NCBI GenBank assembly: GCA_019114755.1
Contig: DXEW01000029.1
Location: 48,443-112,442 of the forward strand
Direction: 5' to 3'
Length of the DNA stretch: 64,000 nucleotides
Origin: Candidatus Borkfalkia faecavium
Lineage (GTDB): Bacteria > Bacillota > Clostridia > Christensenellales > Borkfalkiaceae
Shown here: positions 1 to 8,421 of the stretch, in pieces
Layout: every line of letters begins with the position of its first letter
How positions within the stretch are numbered: the stretch's first letter is position 1
The notes under the pieces: generated by a model
The model's input: only the letters and a program-made list of their open reading frames with translations
Databases searched by the model: none
Told to the model about the DNA's origin: nothing
Translations under genes and position numbers: made by a program

Positions 1-1565
1 GTGAGCGCCGCCGCCAAAGCGACGGCGAACAAGGCTTTTGGCAGGGCCTTCAGATTGACCTTGTCGGAGAGGAGAAACAGCAGCAGGTACCAAAGCGCCG
101 CCGCCCCGCCGAAGGAAAAGCCGCAGATGAGCAGCGTCTTCCATTCCAGATCCATCACGGGGATGAGCGCCATGCGCAGCAGGAACTCCGCAAAGGCGAG
201 CATGCCCGCCAGCGCGGGCAGGATGCAGGCGAGCGCGGTGAGGACGAACAGCAGCATGTAGACGGCGCTGATGACGGGCACGAAGACGATGTTGAGCAGC
301 AGCCCCAGCCCCGAAGTGTAGCCGAAGCAGTCGATGAGGAGGGGCAGCGTGAACAGCTGCGCCGAAGCCGCCGTTGCCGCCCCGCTACAGACGCCTTGGG
401 GTAGGCGCAGCCTGCCGAGGCGGAGAGAGCGCAGACGATGCGAGAGCTCGCCGCCTAAAAGGATGATGCCCGCTGCCGCCGCCACCGAGAGCTGAAAGCC
501 GACGGAAAACAGATAGACGGGATGGACGGCGAGCACCGCCAAAAAGGCGGCGGAGACGGAAGTCAGCCTGTCGTACAAAATGCCGGAAGCGTCCGCCAGC
601 ATCAGCATCACGCACATGACCAGCGCCCGCAGCGAAGAGGGCGAAAAGCCGCACACGCCGCAATAGAACAAAAGCACGGCGGCGATGACGGGGAGCTTTA
701 CCCATCGGTGCAGGCGCAGCCGCCTGCATATCCAGGCGAGCATGCCGTAGATGACGCCGATGTGCAGACCCGACACGGCGAAGATGTGGGCGATGCCGCC
801 GTAGCGGAAGTTTTGCAGCACGCCTTCGTCGATGAGGTCGCTGTTGCCCGTGAGCATCGCGTAGGCGATGGCGGCGTTCCCCTCTTCCATATTTGCAAAC
901 AGCAGGGTGCGGATGCGCTCGTTGACGGCGCCGAACAGCCCCGCGCCCACATTTTCAAACACCACGAACTCGTCGGCGGAGACGAAGGCGCGGTAGCGGA
1001 CGTTTTCGATGACGGAAGAGGCGTTCATCCTGCCGTAAGAATATAAATCGAGCGTTTCCAATTCCGCACGGAAGGAGACGCGGTCGCCCAGGCGCAGGCC
1101 CGCCCCGCCGTATACATACACCTTGACGCGGAAGGAAAGGTCGTAAAACCCGCCCTCTTCGGTGAGCACGGTGACATCTGTAAAGGTCAGCGCCTCCGTC
1201 CGCTCGGAGGCGGCGATCTCCGCCGCCGTGCCCGTCACCAGGCATTCGCCCGCAAAGACGGGGGCGCTTTCATACCGCTGCATGTGCAGGGAAAGGGAAA
1301 GGCACCCCAGAGAGAACACGGCGCAGAAGGCGGCGGCATACAGCAGCACGGGCAGCAGCTTTTTCTTCTTCAAAAAAGCGTACAGGAGCGCGGCAACAGC
1401 TGCCGCGCCCCCGCAAATATTCCAAAAAAGTGCAGAAAAACCCCACACATACGCCGCGCCGATGCCGGCGGCAAAGCAGAGCGCCGCACAGAATACGGGA
1501 CGGAAGTTGATGACGCGGTCGCCGCGGTACAGCAGATGTTCGCCTGCCTTCGTGCCTGTTCCCAT
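1..1565 (-). CDS. comEC: ComEC/Rec2 family competence membrane protein (runs off the left edge, 3' partial)
   Basis: Read manually; absent from the ORF track because there is no stop in the window. ATG at 1565 after AGGTG RBS, MGTGTK...VINFRPVF; conserved GIAHIFAVSGLHIG, FSPSSLRALVM and SVGFQLS motifs in one frame. Confidence 0.9.
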   Translation of the reverse strand, partial: MGTGTKAGEHLLYRGDRVINFRPVFCAALCFAAGIGAAYVWGFSALFWNICGGAAAVAALLYAFLKKKKLLPVLLYAAAFCAVFSLGCLSLSLHMQRYESAPVFAGECLVTGTAAEIAASERTEALTFTDVTVLTEEGGFYDLSFRVKVYVYGGAGLRLGDRVSFRAELETLDLYSYGRMNASSVIENVRYRAFVSADEFVVFENVGAGLFGAVNERIRTLLFANMEEGNAAIAYAMLTGNSDLIDEGVLQNFRYGGIAHIFAVSGLHIGVIYGMLAWICRRLRLHRWVKLPVIAAVLLFYCGVCGFSPSSLRALVMCVMLMLADASGILYDRLTSVSAAFLAVLAVHPVYLFSVGFQLSVAAAAGIILLGGELSHRLRSLRLGRLRLPQGVCSGAATAASAQLFTLPLLIDCFGYTSGLGLLLNIVFVPVISAVYMLLFVLTALACILPALAGMLAFAEFLLRMALIPVMDLEWKTLLICGFSFGGAAALWYLLLFLLSDKVNLKALPKALFAVALAAAL

Positions 1566-1712
1566 GCTTCACCTGCGTAAAAGATCTTTCTGCCGCCGCG
1601 CCGTATGCGCGGCGGTATATCCTGTATATGTCGCCCCGTAGGCGGGCGGCATGCCCTACACCCTGCCGCCGCCCTTATAGGCGCGGCGGTTTACCTCTTT
1701 CTCTTTGCCCGC

Positions 1713-4700
1713 TCAGGCGAGGCTGATGCGGTCGCTCACCGAGCGCACGAACACCGCTCGCTGCACGCCCCATTCGATGCAGTCTGCGGCAAAGCGCAGC
1801 AGCTTATCGCCCGGGCGCTGCACGCCGAAAGCGGCGCACACCGCCGCGGCGAGCTCGTCTTCGTACAGGCTGACCTTATTTTCGAGCACTCCCCTGGCGG
1901 CGGCGAGCACCTCGTACGGGGTGAAGTCGTCTTCCGTGCGGCGGTAGCCCTCCTCGTCGGCGCGGAATTTATCGGCCGAAAGGCTCTTTTCCGACTTATA
2001 ATAATAGGTCTTGCCCAAAACGGCGTCCTGCTTGAAGGCGCACTGCCCGATGAGGGCGCGCAGGCGCTCTTCCACCTTGGCGCCGGGGCGGCGGATGCCC
2101 AGCGAATCGAGGCAGCGGCGCATCAGGAACGCCTCCCCGATCGGCTCTTCCGCCGCGACGATCGCCTTGAGGCGGGCGCAGATGTCGGCGTCGTTTTCCC
2201 CGCCCGTGACATAGGCGGCATTTTGCTGTAATTGTTCGAGCGATGCGAAGCGGTACGGCCTGCGGCAGGCGGACAGGGCGTCGCGCTCCTTTTTGCCGCC
2301 GCCCGTCAGCTTATCCAGCATCTCTTTGATGCGCTTGACTTCGCGCTTGGGGTTGTTGAAGAAGTTGACGGTGAACACGCGCATGACGTTCCAGTTGTTG
2401 CGCTTGAGCGTCTGCACCTGCAAAATGTTCCTGTCTTTGCAGGAAGAGCGGGCAGCCGCGGCGCCGTCGCACAGCACGGCGAGGATGAAGCGCTTAGGGT
2501 CGCGCGGGTCGAGCACGGCGCAGTCGATCTTGAATTCGGATACGCCCAGGCCGGCGCGGCAGTCGTAGCCGTAGCTCTCCAGCTCGCGGGCGATATATTT
2601 GCCGATGCCATCGCGCCCCGCCTGCAGCTCGCCCGCGTCGATGGCGAGCGAGGTCTTGCCCTTTTCGGCAAATTCGAGGAACGCCTTCAGCCCCGCCACG
2701 CCGCGGCTGTTGGTCTTGGTCAAATCGATCATGGAAGAGGTCATCGAGGAAAAGACGAGCATCTCTTCGCGGGCGCGGGATACGGCGACGTTCAGACGGC
2801 GCCAGCCGCCCGCCTGGTTGAGGGGGCCGAAGTTGAGGGCGACGCGCCCACTACTGTCCGGCCCGTAGCAGACGGAGAAGAGGATGACGTCTCGCTCGTC
2901 CCCCTGCACATTTTCGAGGTTTTTGACGAACAGCGGCTCTTCGCGCTCGTAGGCGGCCTCTTCCAGCCTGCGCTTGGAAAGCGCTTCGGACAGGCGCCGC
3001 TCGATGTAGTCTTGCTGGGCGGTGCTGAAGGTCACCACGCCGATGCTGGCGCGGGAGAGCTTAGGGTCGGAGAGCCTGCGCACCACTTCGGAAACCAGCG
3101 CCTCCGCTTCCGCCTTGTTGCGCTTGGTAAAGCCCCTGTCATACACGCCGTCGCAGAGGACGAGGCGCACATGGCTCTCTAAAGCGTCGGGCGAGGGGAA
3201 GGTGCACAGCCTGTTGCCGTAGTACATGATGTTGGAGAAGGCGATCAGACTCTCGTGCTTGCTGCGGTAATGCCAGTTGAGGTGCTTTTCGGGGATGCTG
3301 AGGGCGAGGCAGTCGTCCAAGATGCTCTCCAAGTCCTCCGTGTCGAGGTTTTCTTCGTCCACATAGCCGGAACTGAAGAAGGAAGTGGGCGGCAGCTGCT
3401 TGGGGTCGCCGACGATGACGGCGCTCTTTGCCCGCGCCAGCGCCCCCACAGCCTCGCAGGTGGGCAGCTGCGACGCCTCGTCGAACACCACGAGGTCGAA
3501 CAGATCCGGCTCCGCCTGCAGGTAGCGCGCGACCGTGATGGGGCTCATCAGCAGGCAGGGCGCGACTTTGGCAAACAGGCCGGGCACTTCGGCAAAGAAA
3601 TCTTTGAGGGTCATGCCGCGCAGGTTGCCCTTCATGATCCTTCGGAAATTGAATATCTCCAGCGCCAGCGGGCCCTCTTCGGAAGCGGAGGGAAGCCGCC
3701 CGATGAGGGTATTGCGGATGTGCTCTTTGGAAAGGCGGGTAAACTCCTCGTCGATGAGGCGGAACTGCTCGATCTTCTCTTCCAATACCGCCCCCGAAAA
3801 GCTGCCGAGCACGGGGTCGGAAGCGAGGTTGGTGCGGATAAAGTTGAGATAGATGTTCTTGCGGAAGCCGGGCAGCAGCGTTTCGCCGTCCAGCGCGCCT
3901 TCGCGCAGCGCCTTGCCGATGAACACAAGCCCCTCTTCGTCGAGGCGGGCGACGGCGTCTTTGTACACGCACCAGGCGCCCAGCATGTCGATATTGTCGA
4001 TGAGCGCCGACGCCTTGGCGCGAAAATAGGCGAGGAGGTCTTCGTCGGCAAAGTCCTCTTCAGAGGCGGAAATGACGGCGCAGAACTCCTTGCGGCAGCT
4101 TTCAAAGCAGGCGATGGCGCGCTGCAGGCCGTTCAGGACGCTGCCGGCGTAATCGCCGTTTGCCGACTGCACACACCTGCCGTTGAAGCTGTCGGCATTG
4201 TAATCCATGAACAGCTGCCCCGCCAGCTCCTGCAGGCCGTTCATCCCCTCCATGAACTCGCTGCGGCGGCTCAAAACGATGCGCCCGGCGCGGTCGGAAA
4301 AGTTTTCGGACAGAGAGGTGTTCTCGCGCAGCAGCCGCAGGTCGCGGTAGATGTTCGCGAGGAGGGAAATGTACTTGTACTCTTCCCCTTCCTCCGGCTT
4401 TTCGGCGGCGGCGCGGCGCAGGCGCTTGGCGACGGAACTCAAAAGCCGCGAGCTCTGCGGGTTTGCGGCATAGTTTTCCAATTCCTGCTCGAGGGCGGCG
4501 GGGTCGCAGTCGATATCGACGAGGGTGCGGAAGAGCGCCCCGTATTCGCTGAGCTCCTCGTTCAGGCGGCGGTCGGCATTGAAAAAGGCATGGAACTGCG
4601 CCTCGCTTTCACAGCGGTAATACTTGTCCGCCTCGCCGCTGCGCAAGATCTCGAGCAGCTGTTCCAGCGCCCGCAGCTTGGCGGGGGTGAAGGTGCTGAT

Positions 4701-7379
4701 CTTCTGGCGGTAAAACTCCAAAAACAGCTGTAAAAAGTTTTGCAGGTGGCGGATCTCTGCCAGCATCGCCTGCGCGGCCGTAAACACGCGCTCGCGCACG
4801 GAGGCGTCGAACTTGCGCAGGTTGACGTTTTCAAACGGCGAGCGGCGCACGCCGCCGCACTGCTCCACCGCCGCCGCGGCTTCCGCCACCATCCCCTCGT
4901 ACCGCTCCAGATTCTCTTTGGTCAGGCGGTCGTAGAAGGTGCTTTCGATGTCCAGAACGTCCGGCGCGTCTTTATTCTTTTCATAGACGAGGATGGCCTC
5001 GTACAGCGAAACGCCCAGGCGGCGCTTGCGGTGCAGCGCCTCGACGGGGGCGTTGAGGGAAGCGCGCAGCCGCGCGATCTGTTCCGCCTTGGCCAAGAAG
5101 GCGGCGTCGTCTTGTTGGGCAGAGAGGGAGAGCGTCTCGTCCATCTTTTTCAGAAGTTCCTGCTTATCCGCCTTGCCCGAATGCAGTTCAAAGCAGAAAT
5201 CGCCGATGCCGATGCCGTCCAGCCTCTTTTTGACCACGGACAGCGCCGCCTGCTTTTCCGCCACGAACAACACCCGCTTGCCCGCCAGAAGGCAGTTGGC
5301 GATGATGTTGGTGATGGTCTGGCTCTTGCCCGTGCCGGGCGGCCCGTGCAGGACGAAGGTCGCCCCCGCCACCGCCTCGGCGACGGCGGCAAACTGCGAG
5401 CTGTCGGCAGGCAACGGGCTGACGATCTCTGCGGGGGCGTGCTCGTCTTCCGCCTTATTTTCAAACACGGCGTTTTCCAGCTGCAGGCGGTTATCCAGCA
5501 GCGAGCGGATGACGGGGTTTTTGGCAAAGGCGTCGATGTTCTTGCGCACGTCGTTCCACATGGCGTAGCGGGCGAAGGAGAACTGCGCCAGATAGACCTC
5601 TTCGCTCACTTCCCAGCGCTTCATGTTCAGGACCGCCGCCCGCACCATGGCGAGCACCTCGGAAGGGCGCAGCGCCCCGCCGATATTGTCTAAACCGCGA
5701 ATATCGATCTTGAATTCGCGCATCAAAAATTCCAGCAGCGTGTTGTTGAACTGCACCTCGCCCGCAGCAGTAACGGACAGCCCCTTGCCGCCGCGGCTGC
5801 GCACCAGGCGCACGGGCTGGAGGATGAGGGGCGCATACTTGGGCTCGCGCGCATCGTCGGAGGTGAACCACTTCAAAAAGCCGAAGGCGAGAAACAGCAC
5901 GTCGGCGCCCGCCTCCTCTTCCGCCGTCTTCGCCTTTTTTTGCAGATAGCGCAGCACCTCCGCCACCTTTTCTTTGCCGGCAAAGGTGCGGAGCCGCCTG
6001 TTTTTCAACTCCAGCGCCACGAGCTCCGCCGCGGCGGCCAACTTCGACGGCCGTGGGAAATACACCTCCTGCGGCAGCGCCGCGCGCAGGTCTGCCGTGC
6101 TTTCAAGAAGGGCCAGCTCGTCTCCCGCGGCGACGGCGTCGAAGGTCTGGTTGACGTCGCAGGAGACGGCGTGCAGGGCGTATTTTTCGGGGCGGAAGTT
6201 CAACAGCGCGTTTTTGAGGGACAGATCGAGCAGGCGGCGCTCCCACTGCTTGTTGCGCGTCATCTTTGTATCCACCGCCAGCGTTTTGCCGGCGGCGATG
6301 TCGGCGGGGGCGGCGGTGAGGTCGGTATCTTCCTCGCCCAAGAGCTCCGCCCCGCGCTCCCCCTTCACTTTGAGGGGCAGCGGGCGGACGCGCGCCAGGC
6401 GGCAGCGGCGGACGTCGATGACGGTGTCGTAGCACTCTTCGGCGCATTTGCGGGCAAAGTGCTTTTCGGCGGCGGTGTAGTTGGCGTTTTTGCCGGCAAA
6501 GGCGTCTTCCACGTCGAACATGGCGATGTTGTTGATGCCCTCGGAGATATACTGCGACAGCAGGGAGATATCGTCGCTTGCGCCGTCGGCAAAGCAGTTG
6601 TCGTACAGCCACACGCCGCAGGCGACGCTCTTTTCGCCCAGAGCTAGCACGGGATGCAGGCCGGCGCTTTCAAAGCAGGCGGCAAAAAACAGCGCCAGTT
6701 CCAGCGCGGAGGCGCACTTTTCTTTGAACAGTTTGCCCGCCCGCGCCACGGGAACGGGTTCGGCATAGTCGCACGAGTCGCCCGCTTTGGAAATGGCTGC
6801 CTTTTTGACCGCGGCAAAGACCGCCGCCGCCATCTTGCGGAGCTTGTTCTTGTCCCCTTCGGCATAGCCGTTCCACTCGCAGGTGATCTCCCACTTTTTC
6901 AGCTGCGCGCGCGCCTCTTCGAGGATGCGCAAGCAGTCGGCAAGGCGGGGGCGGACAAAGCACGCCAGTTGCTCGGCGCTGCCGCTGCGGCCGCACCACA
7001 TGTCTAAGGGGAGAAGCGTCACCTCTCCCTTCTCTTCGGCGAGCGCCTCCTTTCCCCGCAGCGCCCGCACGCACACTTGTACCACCTGCGTTTGGGAAAG
7101 TTCGGCAAGGTACAGCGGCGAGGCGATGTCCGCCGCCGCGATCTCGGCGGCGCTTTCAAAGGGCAGCTCATCGAAATGGCGGGAAAAGGGAAGTAAAAAA
7201 CCGCCCTCCCCTTCGATGACGACGTCGATATCTTCCGCTGCCTCCGCGCCCCCGTTGATCAGCTGCAGGCTCGTGAACGGCGACGCGCCGCCGTAATACT
7301 CCGCATAGCCGTAGTAATGCCGCAGCTGCATCTTCAGCGATATTTTTTCTCTCTGTGCCTTGCGTGCACGCTTTGCCAT
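1713..7379 (-). CDS. DUF4011 / SF1 (Upf1-like) helicase / Vsr-REase-like / DUF3320-type multidomain protein (Hhe-like)
   Basis: 1888 aa. WERRLLDLSLKNALLNF (DUF4011-type); Walker A HGPPGTGKSQT; LLMSP, FDLVVFDEASQ, VGDPKQLPP, HYRS, ENVQGDERD, RRLNVAVSRA; C-terminal FKIDCAV..ILAVLCDG..DRNILQVQTLKRNNW nuclease-like segment. Confidence 0.85.
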   Translation of the reverse strand: MAKRARKAQREKISLKMQLRHYYGYAEYYGGASPFTSLQLINGGAEAAEDIDVVIEGEGGFLLPFSRHFDELPFESAAEIAAADIASPLYLAELSQTQVVQVCVRALRGKEALAEEKGEVTLLPLDMWCGRSGSAEQLACFVRPRLADCLRILEEARAQLKKWEITCEWNGYAEGDKNKLRKMAAAVFAAVKKAAISKAGDSCDYAEPVPVARAGKLFKEKCASALELALFFAACFESAGLHPVLALGEKSVACGVWLYDNCFADGASDDISLLSQYISEGINNIAMFDVEDAFAGKNANYTAAEKHFARKCAEECYDTVIDVRRCRLARVRPLPLKVKGERGAELLGEEDTDLTAAPADIAAGKTLAVDTKMTRNKQWERRLLDLSLKNALLNFRPEKYALHAVSCDVNQTFDAVAAGDELALLESTADLRAALPQEVYFPRPSKLAAAAELVALELKNRRLRTFAGKEKVAEVLRYLQKKAKTAEEEAGADVLFLAFGFLKWFTSDDAREPKYAPLILQPVRLVRSRGGKGLSVTAAGEVQFNNTLLEFLMREFKIDIRGLDNIGGALRPSEVLAMVRAAVLNMKRWEVSEEVYLAQFSFARYAMWNDVRKNIDAFAKNPVIRSLLDNRLQLENAVFENKAEDEHAPAEIVSPLPADSSQFAAVAEAVAGATFVLHGPPGTGKSQTITNIIANCLLAGKRVLFVAEKQAALSVVKKRLDGIGIGDFCFELHSGKADKQELLKKMDETLSLSAQQDDAAFLAKAEQIARLRASLNAPVEALHRKRRLGVSLYEAILVYEKNKDAPDVLDIESTFYDRLTKENLERYEGMVAEAAAAVEQCGGVRRSPFENVNLRKFDASVRERVFTAAQAMLAEIRHLQNFLQLFLEFYRQKISTFTPAKLRALEQLLEILRSGEADKYYRCESEAQFHAFFNADRRLNEELSEYGALFRTLVDIDCDPAALEQELENYAANPQSSRLLSSVAKRLRRAAAEKPEEGEEYKYISLLANIYRDLRLLRENTSLSENFSDRAGRIVLSRRSEFMEGMNGLQELAGQLFMDYNADSFNGRCVQSANGDYAGSVLNGLQRAIACFESCRKEFCAVISASEEDFADEDLLAYFRAKASALIDNIDMLGAWCVYKDAVARLDEEGLVFIGKALREGALDGETLLPGFRKNIYLNFIRTNLASDPVLGSFSGAVLEEKIEQFRLIDEEFTRLSKEHIRNTLIGRLPSASEEGPLALEIFNFRRIMKGNLRGMTLKDFFAEVPGLFAKVAPCLLMSPITVARYLQAEPDLFDLVVFDEASQLPTCEAVGALARAKSAVIVGDPKQLPPTSFFSSGYVDEENLDTEDLESILDDCLALSIPEKHLNWHYRSKHESLIAFSNIMYYGNRLCTFPSPDALESHVRLVLCDGVYDRGFTKRNKAEAEALVSEVVRRLSDPKLSRASIGVVTFSTAQQDYIERRLSEALSKRRLEEAAYEREEPLFVKNLENVQGDERDVILFSVCYGPDSSGRVALNFGPLNQAGGWRRLNVAVSRAREEMLVFSSMTSSMIDLTKTNSRGVAGLKAFLEFAEKGKTSLAIDAGELQAGRDGIGKYIARELESYGYDCRAGLGVSEFKIDCAVLDPRDPKRFILAVLCDGAAAARSSCKDRNILQVQTLKRNNWNVMRVFTVNFFNNPKREVKRIKEMLDKLTGGGKKERDALSACRRPYRFASLEQLQQNAAYVTGGENDADICARLKAIVAAEEPIGEAFLMRRCLDSLGIRRPGAKVEERLRALIGQCAFKQDAVLGKTYYYKSEKSLSADKFRADEEGYRRTEDDFTPYEVLAAARGVLENKVSLYEDELAAAVCAAFGVQRPGDKLLRFAADCIEWGVQRAVFVRSVSDRISLA

Positions 7380-7455
7380 CGTTCACCTCCGCGCTGCGGC
7401 GCCGAAAACGCCGCAAAATTGAAAAATTCGTTCAAATGATGATAATTTCTTCTTT

Positions 7456-7484
7456 ATTATACACCAAAATCTGCCATAGTGCAA
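7456..7484 (-). promoter_or_regulatory. sigma-A promoter of the large helicase gene
   Basis: TTGCAC-N17-TATAAT on the minus strand. Confidence 0.7.
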
Positions 7485-7609
7485 GCATTCGGGAAAATTG
7501 CGCCGAGATATTTTCCGCGCAGCCGAAAGCCGCCCGAAAAAAAGCGCCCGCCCGAGAAAGCCCCTGCACGCACGCGGCGGAACGCGCATCCGCAGGGGCG
7601 CGCCAAACG

Positions 7610-7636
7610 AAAACGCCCCGCCGTGCGGCGGGGCGG
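7610..7636 (-). terminator. Intrinsic terminator after the HAD hydrolase
   Basis: CGCCCCGCCG-cac-GGCGGGGCG-type hairpin followed by TTTT on the minus strand. Confidence 0.55.
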
Positions 7637-7731
7637 TGCGTGCCCTGTTTTGTTTATTGCCTTTTTGCCTTCCTTTTATGCGCGGCGCAGGGCATCGGCG
7701 GGCGGCAAACTTCAGAGGATCGCCCCTGCCT

Positions 7732-8421
7732 CTATACGCCGCGCAGGGAATCGACGACGGCGAGCACTTCTTCGTAGCTGCGGGCGGCATAGTCGAAGCC
7801 TTCCGCCCCTTCCTGCCCGCGCGCGTTGTACCAGATGCCGACGATACCGGCGTTCTTCGCCCCCGCCATATCGGAGGTAAGCGAATCGCCGATGACGGCG
7901 CACTGCGAAGGCACGGCGCCCGCTTTTTCCAAAACGATATCGAAAAAGCGCTTGTCCGGCTTGGCAAAGCCGACCTCGTCGGAGACGAAGATGCCGGCAA
8001 AGGCCTCGCGCAGGCCGACGGCTTCCAGCCGCCCGTACTGCGCCGCGCCGGTGCCGTTGGTGATCAGGTACACCCTGCCGCGGCGGGAAAGCGCTTCGAT
8101 GAACCCGCGCGCGCCGGGAAGCAGATAGCCCGTGCGGCAGAGGGTGCGAAAGTAGACGGCGTTGACTGCTTCCGCGTCCTGCCCCGCCTTCCCCGCCTGC
8201 GCGAAAAAGCGGGCGAAGCGCTCGCGCATGAGCTGCGGCTTGGTCACTTCGCCCCGCTCGTAGGCGCGCCACAGCTCGTCGTTGATGGATTTGAAGCGCG
8301 GATAGTCTGCGCCCAGTTCGGGCGCCCCCGCCTGCGCCATGGCGTAGGCGAAGGACTCGCGGGAAGAGCGGACAAAATCGAGGATGGTCTCGTCGGCATC
8401 CAATAAAAAGCGGTCAATCAC
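7732..8421 (-). CDS. YjjG-family HAD noncanonical pyrimidine nucleotidase
   Basis: LLDADETILDF (DxD motif), LITNG, SDEVGFAKPD, IGDSLTSDMAGA; GTG start at 8421 after GGAGGTG, overlapping the upstream stop. Confidence 0.85.
   Translation of the reverse strand: MIDRFLLDADETILDFVRSSRESFAYAMAQAGAPELGADYPRFKSINDELWRAYERGEVTKPQLMRERFARFFAQAGKAGQDAEAVNAVYFRTLCRTGYLLPGARGFIEALSRRGRVYLITNGTGAAQYGRLEAVGLREAFAGIFVSDEVGFAKPDKRFFDIVLEKAGAVPSQCAVIGDSLTSDMAGAKNAGIVGIWYNARGQEGAEGFDYAARSYEEVLAVVDSLRGV

Noticed and set aside
385-1572. comEC appearing fragmented in the ORF track
   Set aside because: Frame checks at the start codon and at the AHIFAVSGLHIG motif agree; the ORF simply has no stop within the window.
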